A DNA stretch of 64,000 nucleotides from Diplonema japonicum (Eukaryota > Protista > Euglenozoa: Diplonemea), in the NCBI GenBank assembly GCA_964019335.1, contig OZ025744.1:307709-371708 (forward strand). Direction: 5' to 3'. The notes below the pieces were generated by a model. The model worked only from the letters and a program-made list of their open reading frames with translations, was not told where the DNA came from and ran no database searches. Of the stretch, positions 34,329-45,971 are shown piece after piece. Every line of letters starts with the position of its first letter. The first letter of the stretch is position 1. A program made the position numbers and the translations under genes.

Positions 34329-35561
34329 TCAAAGACTGCTCACGTCGGCGAACCGCAGCGTTCCCTGACCGCCGTTCGGGTTCGCAGGCATAAAGGTGGC
34401 GAGCCTATAGGCGGCAATAAGAAATATGGGTTCAGCTTCCGGACAGAGGGGGATCACTTCGTGCAGCATCCAGACAGCCTTGAGGCAGTGCTCCTCATCT
34501 GTCATGAGCTCTACAGCTGCGAAACACGCCTCCCACGTGACACCTTCAGGCACGGAAGGCAGACATTTCGCAAGAGCAGCATAATCACGCTCCGCCACAA
34601 GCTTTGCAGCATCACTCAACTCTGCAATCCCAGGGAACCCCTGCGACCCGTAGGCAGAGTACAGCCCCCTTAGCCATGCGGCAGCCACCTCCGTCCTCAA
34701 TCCGTACGGCAAGCCGTTCTGTGCCACCACATGGTACGCAGCCCACAACGACGTGAAGCCATGCACCACGAGGAACTCATTCTCCGTGACCACCATTGCA
34801 GTGGCCATCGTGACGAACATGTCGTGCAAGGCAGGCAGCAGCAACGCCTCGTCCTTCGGGACTTGCACAGGGGCGTTTACGAAGGCGGGGAGGTGCTTCA
34901 GCATGGCGATCATCCTCTGCTGCCCGACGTTCGTGGGGAAGGGGTCCGACACCCGCCTGATGGTGTCGATGTCCTCCTTCCTCGCTGTGATATCTGCGTT
35001 CCACGCCAGCATGGTGGCAACCAAGGGACTGGGCCCGTCCACGGGTTGCATTTCGTACGTGTCAAAGTCCCTCCATGTTCTAGCGTGCATGTATGCAAGG
35101 CCGTTGGCCACTGCGGTGGGCAGGCCTCCTTCGACACCCACACCAAGTTCGAGTAAAGGATGGAAGGCTGCAGCGCTTAGACCTCTGCTGACACGGGGCA
35201 GGTGCTTTGCACACACTGCCTCGATACCTTTTGCTACGGTGCCTTCGGCTTCGATGGCCTTGTGCACTTCCTGGTCGAAGTAGCCTACTAGCTCTGGGTA
35301 GTGCTCCATCATGTTGTTTACCAGCTGTTCGGGATCACTCGCCACGGCACCTAGTTCCATGGCCTCCGTCCCTACTCGTTGGGTGTACTGGTTCGTCAAT
35401 GTGCGCACCTCTCCCTCGGCCTTCCCCAATCTACTGAAGGGGACTACGATCCATGTTGCGTGGTTGCTGAGCGTCACGTTGTACTCCAATGAGCACCTGC
35501 GCTGCTCTTGCAGGAGTTTCTCAACCGTTTTTGAAACAGCAGGTGCCTTCAAATGCTTCAT
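34329..35561 (-). CDS. questin oxidase-like (DUF4243/HypA/AflY) protein, ~410 aa
   Basis: Likely start MKHLKAP at 35561. LSNH..W...LG, AAAFHPLLELG, ANGLAY, FLVVHGFTS, DEEHCLKAV match the family's His motifs as recalled. Confidence 0.75.
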   Translation of the reverse strand: MKHLKAPAVSKTVEKLLQEQRRCSLEYNVTLSNHATWIVVPFSRLGKAEGEVRTLTNQYTQRVGTEAMELGAVASDPEQLVNNMMEHYPELVGYFDQEVHKAIEAEGTVAKGIEAVCAKHLPRVSRGLSAAAFHPLLELGVGVEGGLPTAVANGLAYMHARTWRDFDTYEMQPVDGPSPLVATMLAWNADITARKEDIDTIRRVSDPFPTNVGQQRMIAMLKHLPAFVNAPVQVPKDEALLLPALHDMFVTMATAMVVTENEFLVVHGFTSLWAAYHVVAQNGLPYGLRTEVAAAWLRGLYSAYGSQGFPGIAELSDAAKLVAERDYAALAKCLPSVPEGVTWEACFAAVELMTDEEHCLKAVWMLHEVIPLCPEAEPIFLIAAYRLATFMPANPNGGQGTLRFADVSSL

Positions 35562-35934
35562 GTTAGGCGTTGTGGTGAGTGGGGTGAGTGGGAGGATAGA
35601 AAGAAACTGTGTTGGCATCACGAAAGGGGAAGGGTTTTGCAAGATTAAAATATAAAAAAAAAAAGGAAAAAGAGAAGGAGAAAAAAAAAAAGAAAGAAAA
35701 AACAACGACATCGAACAAGGTAAAGGAAAACACGCTTGTTGCTTCATTGCATTCCAAAGCTTGACAGCAGTGGAGGGCACGAAGACATATAAAAACTTAA
35801 AGAAAGAAAGAAAGAAAGAAAGAAGAGGACAGTAAACTGTCCCCCCCCCAAAAAAAATAGAAAGGGGGAATAGTAAAAAAAAAAAAGGGGGAGGAGAGAC
35901 CTCAAAAAAAGTGGCCGTTTTTAGGAGAGGTCGC

Positions 35935-36976
35935 TCAGATCTCAGAGGTGCAGGGGGACTTGTTGAGGCCGCACTCGTTGGCACCCCTCTTCACACGGAT
36001 GTAACCGTTCTCGCCCCAAGACGCACCCCAGGAGTTCTTGATGATCCAGTAGTCGGCGGCGTAACCAACAATGAGGACACCGTGGTCAAGGGTGCACTGC
36101 TCGCAGCAGTTGGTGAGGATACCACCGTTGTAGGTCTGCCACTTGGTGGCGTCGACGGCGATGGAGAGGGGACCGCTGGGACCCACGAACTCGGCCATGG
36201 CCTCCTCGTTGTGTGCGATGTCCTTGTGGCCCTTGATGGTGGCACCGACAGCCTTCCCGGTAACCTCGTGGCAGAAGCCGCTGATCCCGTCACCCGAGGT
36301 GTAGGGGTACGAGGCCTCGGTCACGATCTGCCCGCTGTGAGTCTGCTGGAGCCACTTGAAGGCGTTGTCCATGAGACCACCGTTGCAGCCGTCGTCGATC
36401 TTGTCACAAGACACAAGCTCCTGCTCCGAGAGCGAGGTCAGGGTGTGCCCGGCAAGGAACCACTGGCCCTCAATCCCACCGGTGGTGGAGAATGCCCAGC
36501 AGCTGTGTTTGTTTTTTTTTTTTTTTTTTTTGTTTTTTTTTTTTAATTCTTCTTCTTCTCTTCTCTCCATACCTTCCGCACTGAGCCTGGTTCTTCACGT
36601 GGGTCACGGCACCCTTGGACCTCCAGTCCACCTCAGTGGGGATGGATACACCGGAAGGGGTGTAGGCGGGACCCTCCTTCTCCTGAACCTGGAGGTTGTG
36701 GTACACCTTGAACTCCTCGGCGGAGAGGTCCGAGAACCTGTTCACACCGAAGGTGGCTCCCTTAGTCTGCTCCTTCTCGTACTGGGCACCCTTCAGAAGG
36801 TTCTTCGTGAAGATCTGGAACCTCCTCTCCTCCTCCGAAGCGCTGTTGTAGTGCTTGTTGAAGTCGGCCTTGAAGGTCTTGAACATCATCCTCGAGTTGG
36901 AGCGGATGTAGTCCTCAGACAGACCCTGAGCACACCCTGCGAGCAGGGCAATCATGACGGCGGTACCACAACGCAT
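35935..36976 (-). CDS. cathepsin L-like protease, copy 2; intron 36503-36572
   Basis: Same translation as copy 1. Confidence 0.96.
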
Positions 36977-37667
36977 TTTGTTGAGTTATGCTGTGTAGGG
37001 GGTAGGATGGGAACAAGAAAAAGAAATAACAGAAATTCGATTTGTGACCAGACCTAAAGAACAAAAAGACTTCTTGCAGGATAAACACACCCCACTTATT
37101 TGCAGACATGGACGCAGGAAAGGGCAAGGGGCAGATTCCACCATAGTAGTCAACGGTCAAAGGATAAACATGCAGAACCGTGAGAAGAAAAGGTAAGGCG
37201 TGTTAATAAGATACAGAACCCACTAAAACATCCGAGAATACTTTCTTATCCTTCCTTTTTTGTTGTGCGGTGCTCGGCAGCTTCTGGGTGGGGGAAGAAG
37301 TTAAAATTTAAACAAAAAAAAAGGGGGGGGGGAAAGTTATCCAGCGCGTTGTATCCCTAGAAGGGAAATAATAGGAAAAATTGTTATCACTCCTTTTGTG
37401 CAAGAAAAGAAAAAGAGGTCGAAAGATGCCGTTAATTTTTTTTCTCCCAGTAACAATTTTACTCCTTTTTTTAATTTTTCATAGTTTTTTTGTAAGTTGT
37501 TGCAGCAAAACAAACAACAAAAGGGGGGAGGGGGGTGTCGAAGGGGAAACAGATAGAGAAAAGAAAGAAGGGGGGACGTAGTTAGTGCATCTGGGAACTC
37601 TTACAGGGGTTCCAAGAGGAAGAAAGAATCAGGGGGTGTGGGGGGGGGGGGCAAAAAACAAATATTT

Positions 37668-38900
37668 TCAAAGACTGCTCACGTCGGCGAACCGCAGCGT
37701 TCCCTGACCGCCGTTCGGGTTCGCAGGCATAAAGGTGGCGAGCCTATAGGCGGCAATAAGAAATATGGGTTCAGCTTCCGGACAGAGGGGGATCACTTCG
37801 TGCAGCATCCAGACAGCCTTGAGGCAGTGCTCCTCATCTGTCATGAGCTCTACAGCTGCGAAACACGCCTCCCACGTGACACCTTCAGGCACGGAAGGCA
37901 GACATTTCGCAAGAGCAGCATAATCACGCTCCGCCACAAGCTTTGCAGCATCACTCAACTCTGCAATCCCAGGGAACCCCTGCGACCCGTAGGCAGAGTA
38001 CAGCCCCCTTAGCCATGCGGCAGCCACCTCCGTCCTCAATCCGTACGGCAAGCCGTTCTGTGCCACCACATGGTACGCAGCCCACAACGACGTGAAGCCA
38101 TGCACCACGAGGAACTCATTCTCCGTGACCACCATTGCAGTGGCCATCGTGACGAACATGTCGTGCAAGGCAGGCAGCAGCAACGCCTCGTCCTTCGGGA
38201 CTTGCACAGGGGCGTTTACGAAGGCGGGGAGGTGCTTCAGCATGGCGATCATCCTCTGCTGCCCGACGTTCGTGGGGAAGGGGTCCGACACCCGCCTGAT
38301 GGTGTCGATGTCCTCCTTCCTCGCTGTGATATCTGCGTTCCACGCCAGCATGGTGGCAACCAAGGGACTGGGCCCGTCCACGGGTTGCATTTCGTACGTG
38401 TCAAAGTCCCTCCATGTTCTAGCGTGCATGTATGCAAGGCCGTTGGCCACTGCGGTGGGCAGGCCTCCTTCGACACCCACACCAAGTTCGAGTAAAGGAT
38501 GGAAGGCTGCAGCGCTTAGACCTCTGCTGACACGGGGCAGGTGCTTTGCACACACTGCCTCGATACCTTTTGCTACGGTGCCTTCGGCTTCGATGGCCTT
38601 GTGCACTTCCTGGTCGAAGTAGCCTACTAGCTCTGGGTAGTGCTCCATCATGTTGTTTACCAGCTGTTCGGGATCACTCGCCACGGCACCTAGTTCCATG
38701 GCCTCCGTCCCTACTCGTTGGGTGTACTGGTTCGTCAATGTGCGCACCTCTCCCTCGGCCTTCCCCAATCTACTGAAGGGGACTACGATCCATGTTGCGT
38801 GGTTGCTGAGCGTCACGTTGTACTCCAATGAGCACCTGCGCTGCTCTTGCAGGAGTTTCTCAACCGTTTTTGAAACAGCAGGTGCCTTCAAATGCTTCAT
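37668..38900 (-). CDS. questin oxidase-like protein, copy 2
   Basis: Same translation as copy 1. Confidence 0.75.
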   Translation of the reverse strand: MKHLKAPAVSKTVEKLLQEQRRCSLEYNVTLSNHATWIVVPFSRLGKAEGEVRTLTNQYTQRVGTEAMELGAVASDPEQLVNNMMEHYPELVGYFDQEVHKAIEAEGTVAKGIEAVCAKHLPRVSRGLSAAAFHPLLELGVGVEGGLPTAVANGLAYMHARTWRDFDTYEMQPVDGPSPLVATMLAWNADITARKEDIDTIRRVSDPFPTNVGQQRMIAMLKHLPAFVNAPVQVPKDEALLLPALHDMFVTMATAMVVTENEFLVVHGFTSLWAAYHVVAQNGLPYGLRTEVAAAWLRGLYSAYGSQGFPGIAELSDAAKLVAERDYAALAKCLPSVPEGVTWEACFAAVELMTDEEHCLKAVWMLHEVIPLCPEAEPIFLIAAYRLATFMPANPNGGQGTLRFADVSSL

Positions 38901-39273
38901 GTTAGGCGTTGTGGTGAGTGGGGTGAGTGGGAGGATAGAAAGAAACTGTGTTGGCATCACGAAAGGGGAAGGGTTTTGCAAGATTAAAATATAAAAAAAA
39001 AAAGGAAAAAGAGAAGGAGAAAAAAAAAAAGAAAGAAAAAACAACGACATCGAACAAGGTAAAGGAAAACACGCTTGTTGCTTCATTGCATTCCAAAGCT
39101 TGACAGCAGTGGAGGGCACGAAGACATATAAAAACTTAAAGAAAGAAAGAAAGAAAGAAAGAAGAGGACAGTAAACTGTCCCCCCCCCAAAAAAAATAGA
39201 AAGGGGGAATAGTAAAAAAAAAAAAGGGGGAGGAGAGACCTCAAAAAAAGTGGCCGTTTTTAGGAGAGGTCGC

Positions 39274-40315
39274 TCAGATCTCAGAGGTGCAGGGGGACTT
39301 GTTGAGGCCGCACTCGTTGGCACCCCTCTTCACACGGATGTAACCGTTCTCGCCCCAAGACGCACCCCAGGAGTTCTTGATGATCCAGTAGTCGGCGGCG
39401 TAACCAACAATGAGGACACCGTGGTCAAGGGTGCACTGCTCGCAGCAGTTGGTGAGGATACCACCGTTGTAGGTCTGCCACTTGGTGGCGTCGACGGCGA
39501 TGGAGAGGGGACCGCTGGGACCCACGAACTCGGCCATGGCCTCCTCGTTGTGTGCGATGTCCTTGTGGCCCTTGATGGTGGCACCGACAGCCTTCCCGGT
39601 AACCTCGTGGCAGAAGCCGCTGATCCCGTCACCCGAGGTGTAGGGGTACGAGGCCTCGGTCACGATCTGCCCGCTGTGAGTCTGCTGGAGCCACTTGAAG
39701 GCGTTGTCCATGAGACCACCGTTGCAGCCGTCGTCGATCTTGTCACAAGACACAAGCTCCTGCTCCGAGAGCGAGGTCAGGGTGTGCCCGGCAAGGAACC
39801 ACTGGCCCTCAATCCCACCGGTGGTGGAGAATGCCCAGCAGCTGTGTTTGTTTTTTTTTTTTTTTTTTTTGTTTTTTTTTTTTAATTCTTCTTCTTCTCT
39901 TCTCTCCATACCTTCCGCACTGAGCCTGGTTCTTCACGTGGGTCACGGCACCCTTGGACCTCCAGTCCACCTCAGTGGGGATGGATACACCGGAAGGGGT
40001 GTAGGCGGGACCCTCCTTCTCCTGAACCTGGAGGTTGTGGTACACCTTGAACTCCTCGGCGGAGAGGTCCGAGAACCTGTTCACACCGAAGGTGGCTCCC
40101 TTAGTCTGCTCCTTCTCGTACTGGGCACCCTTCAGAAGGTTCTTCGTGAAGATCTGGAACCTCCTCTCCTCCTCCGAAGCGCTGTTGTAGTGCTTGTTGA
40201 AGTCGGCCTTGAAGGTCTTGAACATCATCCTCGAGTTGGAGCGGATGTAGTCCTCAGACAGACCCTGAGCACACCCTGCGAGCAGGGCAATCATGACGGC
40301 GGTACCACAACGCAT
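39274..40315 (-). CDS. cathepsin L-like protease, copy 3; intron 39842-39911
   Basis: Same translation as copy 1. Confidence 0.96.
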
Positions 40316-41008
40316 TTTGTTGAGTTATGCTGTGTAGGGGGTAGGATGGGAACAAGAAAAAGAAATAACAGAAATTCGATTTGTGACCAGACCTAAAGAA
40401 CAAAAAGACTTCTTGCAGGATAAACACACCCCACTTATTTGCAGACATGGACGCAGGAAAGGGCAAGGGGCAGATTCCACCATAGTAGTCAACGGTCAAA
40501 GGATAAACATGCAGAACCGTGAGAAGAAAAGGTAAGGCGTGTTAATAAGATACAGAACCCACTAAAACATCCGAGAATACTTTCTTATCCTTCCTTTTTT
40601 GTTGTGCGGTGCTCGGCAGCTTCTGGGTGGGGGAAGAAGTTAAAATTTAAACAAAAAAAAAGGGGGGGGGGAAAGTTATCCAGCGCGTTGTATCCCTAGA
40701 AGGGAAATAATAGGAAAAATTGTTATCACTCCTTTTGTGCAAGAAAAGAAAAAGAGGTCGAAAGATGCCGTTAATTTTTTTTCTCCCAGTAACAATTTTA
40801 CTCCTTTTTTTAATTTTTCATAGTTTTTTTGTAAGTTGTTGCAGCAAAACAAACAACAAAAGGGGGGAGGGGGGTGTCGAAGGGGAAACAGATAGAGAAA
40901 AGAAAGAAGGGGGGACGTAGTTAGTGCATCTGGGAACTCTTACAGGGGTTCCAAGAGGAAGAAAGAATCAGGGGGTGTGGGGGGGGGGGGGGCAAAAAAC
41001 AAATATTT

Positions 41009-42241
41009 TCAAAGACTGCTCACGTCGGCGAACCGCAGCGTTCCCTGACCGCCGTTCGGGTTCGCAGGCATAAAGGTGGCGAGCCTATAGGCGGCAATAA
41101 GAAATATGGGTTCAGCTTCCGGACAGAGGGGGATCACTTCGTGCAGCATCCAGACAGCCTTGAGGCAGTGCTCCTCATCTGTCATGAGCTCTACAGCTGC
41201 GAAACACGCCTCCCACGTGACACCTTCAGGCACGGAAGGCAGACATTTCGCAAGAGCAGCATAATCACGCTCCGCCACAAGCTTTGCAGCATCACTCAAC
41301 TCTGCAATCCCAGGGAACCCCTGCGACCCGTAGGCAGAGTACAGCCCCCTTAGCCATGCGGCAGCCACCTCCGTCCTCAATCCGTACGGCAAGCCGTTCT
41401 GTGCCACCACATGGTACGCAGCCCACAACGACGTGAAGCCATGCACCACGAGGAACTCATTCTCCGTGACCACCATTGCAGTGGCCATCGTGACGAACAT
41501 GTCGTGCAAGGCAGGCAGCAGCAACGCCTCGTCCTTCGGGACTTGCACAGGGGCGTTTACGAAGGCGGGGAGGTGCTTCAGCATGGCGATCATCCTCTGC
41601 TGCCCGACGTTCGTGGGGAAGGGGTCCGACACCCGCCTGATGGTGTCGATGTCCTCCTTCCTCGCTGTGATATCTGCGTTCCACGCCAGCATGGTGGCAA
41701 CCAAGGGACTGGGCCCGTCCACGGGTTGCATTTCGTACGTGTCAAAGTCCCTCCATGTTCTAGCGTGCATGTATGCAAGGCCGTTGGCCACTGCGGTGGG
41801 CAGGCCTCCTTCGACACCCACACCAAGTTCGAGTAAAGGATGGAAGGCTGCAGCGCTTAGACCTCTGCTGACACGGGGCAGGTGCTTTGCACACACTGCC
41901 TCGATACCTTTTGCTACGGTGCCTTCGGCTTCGATGGCCTTGTGCACTTCCTGGTCGAAGTAGCCTACTAGCTCTGGGTAGTGCTCCATCATGTTGTTTA
42001 CCAGCTGTTCGGGATCACTCGCCACGGCACCTAGTTCCATGGCCTCCGTCCCTACTCGTTGGGTGTACTGGTTCGTCAATGTGCGCACCTCTCCCTCGGC
42101 CTTCCCCAATCTACTGAAGGGGACTACGATCCATGTTGCGTGGTTGCTGAGCGTCACGTTGTACTCCAATGAGCACCTGCGCTGCTCTTGCAGGAGTTTC
42201 TCAACCGTTTTTGAAACAGCAGGTGCCTTCAAATGCTTCAT
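41009..42241 (-). CDS. questin oxidase-like protein, copy 3
   Basis: Same translation as copy 1. Confidence 0.75.
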   Translation of the reverse strand: MKHLKAPAVSKTVEKLLQEQRRCSLEYNVTLSNHATWIVVPFSRLGKAEGEVRTLTNQYTQRVGTEAMELGAVASDPEQLVNNMMEHYPELVGYFDQEVHKAIEAEGTVAKGIEAVCAKHLPRVSRGLSAAAFHPLLELGVGVEGGLPTAVANGLAYMHARTWRDFDTYEMQPVDGPSPLVATMLAWNADITARKEDIDTIRRVSDPFPTNVGQQRMIAMLKHLPAFVNAPVQVPKDEALLLPALHDMFVTMATAMVVTENEFLVVHGFTSLWAAYHVVAQNGLPYGLRTEVAAAWLRGLYSAYGSQGFPGIAELSDAAKLVAERDYAALAKCLPSVPEGVTWEACFAAVELMTDEEHCLKAVWMLHEVIPLCPEAEPIFLIAAYRLATFMPANPNGGQGTLRFADVSSL

Positions 42242-42614
42242 GTTAGGCGTTGTGGTGAGTGGGGTGAGTGGGAGGATAGAAAGAAACTGTGTTGGCATCA
42301 CGAAAGGGGAAGGGTTTTGCAAGATTAAAATATAAAAAAAAAAAGGAAAAAGAGAAGGAGAAAAAAAAAAAGAAAGAAAAAACAACGACATCGAACAAGG
42401 TAAAGGAAAACACGCTTGTTGCTTCATTGCATTCCAAAGCTTGACAGCAGTGGAGGGCACGAAGACATATAAAAACTTAAAGAAAGAAAGAAAGAAAGAA
42501 AGAAGAGGACAGTAAACTGTCCCCCCCCCAAAAAAAATAGAAAGGGGGAATAGTAAAAAAAAAAAAGGGGGAGGAGAGACCTCAAAAAAAGTGGCCGTTT
42601 TTAGGAGAGGTCGC

Positions 42615-43656
42615 TCAGATCTCAGAGGTGCAGGGGGACTTGTTGAGGCCGCACTCGTTGGCACCCCTCTTCACACGGATGTAACCGTTCTCGCCCCAAG
42701 ACGCACCCCAGGAGTTCTTGATGATCCAGTAGTCGGCGGCGTAACCAACAATGAGGACACCGTGGTCAAGGGTGCACTGCTCGCAGCAGTTGGTGAGGAT
42801 ACCACCGTTGTAGGTCTGCCACTTGGTGGCGTCGACGGCGATGGAGAGGGGACCGCTGGGACCCACGAACTCGGCCATGGCCTCCTCGTTGTGTGCGATG
42901 TCCTTGTGGCCCTTGATGGTGGCACCGACAGCCTTCCCGGTAACCTCGTGGCAGAAGCCGCTGATCCCGTCACCCGAGGTGTAGGGGTACGAGGCCTCGG
43001 TCACGATCTGCCCGCTGTGAGTCTGCTGGAGCCACTTGAAGGCGTTGTCCATGAGACCACCGTTGCAGCCGTCGTCGATCTTGTCACAAGACACAAGCTC
43101 CTGCTCCGAGAGCGAGGTCAGGGTGTGCCCGGCAAGGAACCACTGGCCCTCAATCCCACCGGTGGTGGAGAATGCCCAGCAGCTGTGTTTGTTTTTTTTT
43201 TTTTTTTTTTTGTTTTTTTTTTTTAATTCTTCTTCTTCTCTTCTCTCCATACCTTCCGCACTGAGCCTGGTTCTTCACGTGGGTCACGGCACCCTTGGAC
43301 CTCCAGTCCACCTCAGTGGGGATGGATACACCGGAAGGGGTGTAGGCGGGACCCTCCTTCTCCTGAACCTGGAGGTTGTGGTACACCTTGAACTCCTCGG
43401 CGGAGAGGTCCGAGAACCTGTTCACACCGAAGGTGGCTCCCTTAGTCTGCTCCTTCTCGTACTGGGCACCCTTCAGAAGGTTCTTCGTGAAGATCTGGAA
43501 CCTCCTCTCCTCCTCCGAAGCGCTGTTGTAGTGCTTGTTGAAGTCGGCCTTGAAGGTCTTGAACATCATCCTCGAGTTGGAGCGGATGTAGTCCTCAGAC
43601 AGACCCTGAGCACACCCTGCGAGCAGGGCAATCATGACGGCGGTACCACAACGCAT
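42615..43656 (-). CDS. cathepsin L-like protease, copy 4; intron 43183-43252
   Basis: Same coding sequence; unique upstream region beyond 43692. Confidence 0.96.
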
Positions 43657-44367
43657 TTTGTTGAGTTATGCTGTGTAGGGGGTAGGATGGGATGAGTGGG
43701 ACAGCTATGGAATACAATGGCACAAAAAGACAAGTCGGTGGAGGTTCAAAAGTCCAGGAAACAGCTCGCCCCTGCACGTGGGCAGGGGGAGATGAATACC
43801 TATGTCGGGAGGGTCACCGTCATCTCCGGAGGGGGGCTCTCAAGGCGCTACCCCCCGAAGCCCCCCCTTCAGATGGAGGGGGTTGAGGACAGCGAGTACA
43901 ACTGAGAGGGATAGTAGTTAAATAAGAGAGAGAAAAAGAAAATAAAAGGGAAAAGAAAAGAGAGAGAAAGAGAGGAAAGGAAGAAGGGGAAAAAAAAAAA
44001 GGAAAAAAAAAAGAAAAAGAGAGAGGAACAGGGAAAGCACGCAATTTTTAAGTGGGAGTGAAAGATTTCACTTTATCACTCCCAAACTTTATGTTCACTC
44101 CAGTTACCTTGAAATTAGGCTCCGGGGTGAAATAATGTTCTGAGCGCGACATTATGCAACATCTGTTTCACTCCTGCACTTTATACCTATCTTATTCTTA
44201 TATCTTTTTTTAAATAATAACAGGAAGGAAAGGGAGAAAAGGCAAAAGATCAAACACCAGCTTGCCAGCGAAAAGTGCAAGCACTTACAAGCAGAGTGAG
44301 ACCGCTTTTGTCGGTTAACAACTTCAGAGCAACAAGATCGAAGAGCCCGACGGAAGATGAGTTAGTA

Positions 44368-44414
<47 letters not shown>

Positions 44415-44473
44415 CACCAAGATAAGAAGGACAACGGCTTTCGCTACAATCAGCGTTTAGACAGAGTTTACCA

Positions 44474-44586
44474 TCCAAAAAATAGCTAATAGAAAAGGGA
44501 AACAAATTGACCTCAAACTGCACAGTGATGCCGATGTCGCTCAGCATGCTAGCAGTTTTGCCCCTTGACAAAGATGAGGCTGTGGA
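44474..44586. repeat. dispersed ~113-bp repeat (second copy 50472-50584)
   Basis: TCCAAAAAATAGCTAATAGAAAAGGGAAACAAATTGACCTCAAACTGCACAGTGATGCCGATG...GATGAGGC; both copies are followed by T-runs. Confidence 0.9.
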
Positions 44587-45337
44587 TCGCATTATTTTTT
44601 CTTTTTTTTTTTATCCCCTATGCTTCACTTCCCTGACGTTCTATCAGAACAAGTGTTCTAACGAAGTAGGTATGAAACTGTGAAGAGCTCAGCAAGTAAA
44701 AGAGAGAGAGGGGAAAAGGGTGAGGGGCCAGAGAAACCACACACCCTCGTCCGATCGCTGAAGGAGAGATGAAAAGACGTATCTTAGATAGTGCAATTTC
44801 TATTATCAGTTCTTCCTTCTTTTTTTCGTTCTGGGTTGTTATGATTTGTTGCTGGCACTTCTGTTTATCATTCGTCTTTCCTCCCCCCCCTTTTTTTTTC
44901 CTCTCTCTCTTTTTTTTTTTTTTTGCAGTCTCTTCATTCATGTCCACACCCGAAACGCGTAAGGAAGAAAACACTCAATACAGGGGAAGAAGTATTAGCA
45001 ACTGCCCACCAAATAGAGGGGATCATGTGTAGAAATATTCTCGGTGGAGTAGAAAGTACTAGGCATTGATGTAAGTGCATCTTGTATGGAATGGGAAAGC
45101 GCTCAGTGACTGGCACAAGGTAAAAGTCATGTGAAATGAGTGAGCTGTAAAAAAAAAGGGGGGGACGCAGCGTTTTTTTTTAAAACTTTGTTTTCTGCGC
45201 CCTATTGGATATTTAAAACAACAACAAAGAACTAGTTTGGCACTTCTATTGTTCGTGTGCACGAGCGGGATTTTACCTCATAAAATAGCTCATTACACTG
45301 CCTTCAACTAGTTTCTGGTCTCGACAATATTATTGTC

Positions 45338-45368
<31 letters not shown>

Positions 45369-45409
45369 TGGGCTTTGATTGCAACACTAATTGGCGTTAA
45401 GCATGCAAC

Positions 45410-45678
45410 GAACTACTTGATTACATGGGGCGCGCCTTGGCCTAGCTGTAGCTTCTTCTGCGTTCCGCGTCGTGTCCTTAATGTGCGGTGTGCAACTCAA
45501 CCCTAGCCGGGGCGCCAATCAAGATTCTGCACTCGTGCGGTTTGCTGCCTGTTCGTCACCCTGAGCATCTGCATTATGTTCTTCCACTCGGGAGCTACCG
45601 GTGATGACCGACGTGGAGGTCAACAGTGAACAACACATCTGATGTATTTCTTATATTTCCATGTTGTCCCCACCACCT
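45410..45678. repeat. interspersed repeat, CpG-intact copy (inverted homologue at 52201-52675)
   Basis: Reverse complement aligns to AGGTGGTGGGGATAACATGAAAATATAAGAAAAACATCAGATGTGTTGTTCACTGTTGACCTCC (52201 onward) and to the 52.35-kb tandem unit. Confidence 0.85.
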
Positions 45679-45971
45679 TCCAAACCAAAAACAAAAACAA
45701 AAAAATAATTCTTAATGACTATATGTCTTTGTTGTTCGCACGAGCAAAAAAGGTTTTTTAAAAAGCTGTGAAAGTTTTTTGCTCGGCACAAGTTGCATAT
45801 AGTTATAAAATCATTTTTTGAAAGATAAATATTTGTAACAAAAACAAAAAGTTCACTATGATAGGAAACAAAGTGGTCTTGCAACAGCCCACACAGAAGA
45901 TCAACCAACAACAGCCTAAATTGTCAATCGTTTTTTTTTTCCTTCTTTTTTTTTTTTTTTTCTTTTTGTTA

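Larger units (their letters stand above)
32279..43692. repeat. tandem array, 3339-bp unit x ~3.4 (cathepsin L plus questin-oxidase-like gene)
   Basis: Identical ORFs at offsets 3339, 3339 and 3341. The only differences I saw are homopolymer lengths. Sharp ends at 32279 and 43692. Confidence 0.97.

Noticed and set aside
35562-35984. Phe-rich N-terminal extension of the 551-aa ORFs, and poly-Lys/poly-Phe segments elsewhere
   Set aside because: These are UTR, intergenic or intron homopolymers. The extension overlaps the cathepsin stop and its 3' region.
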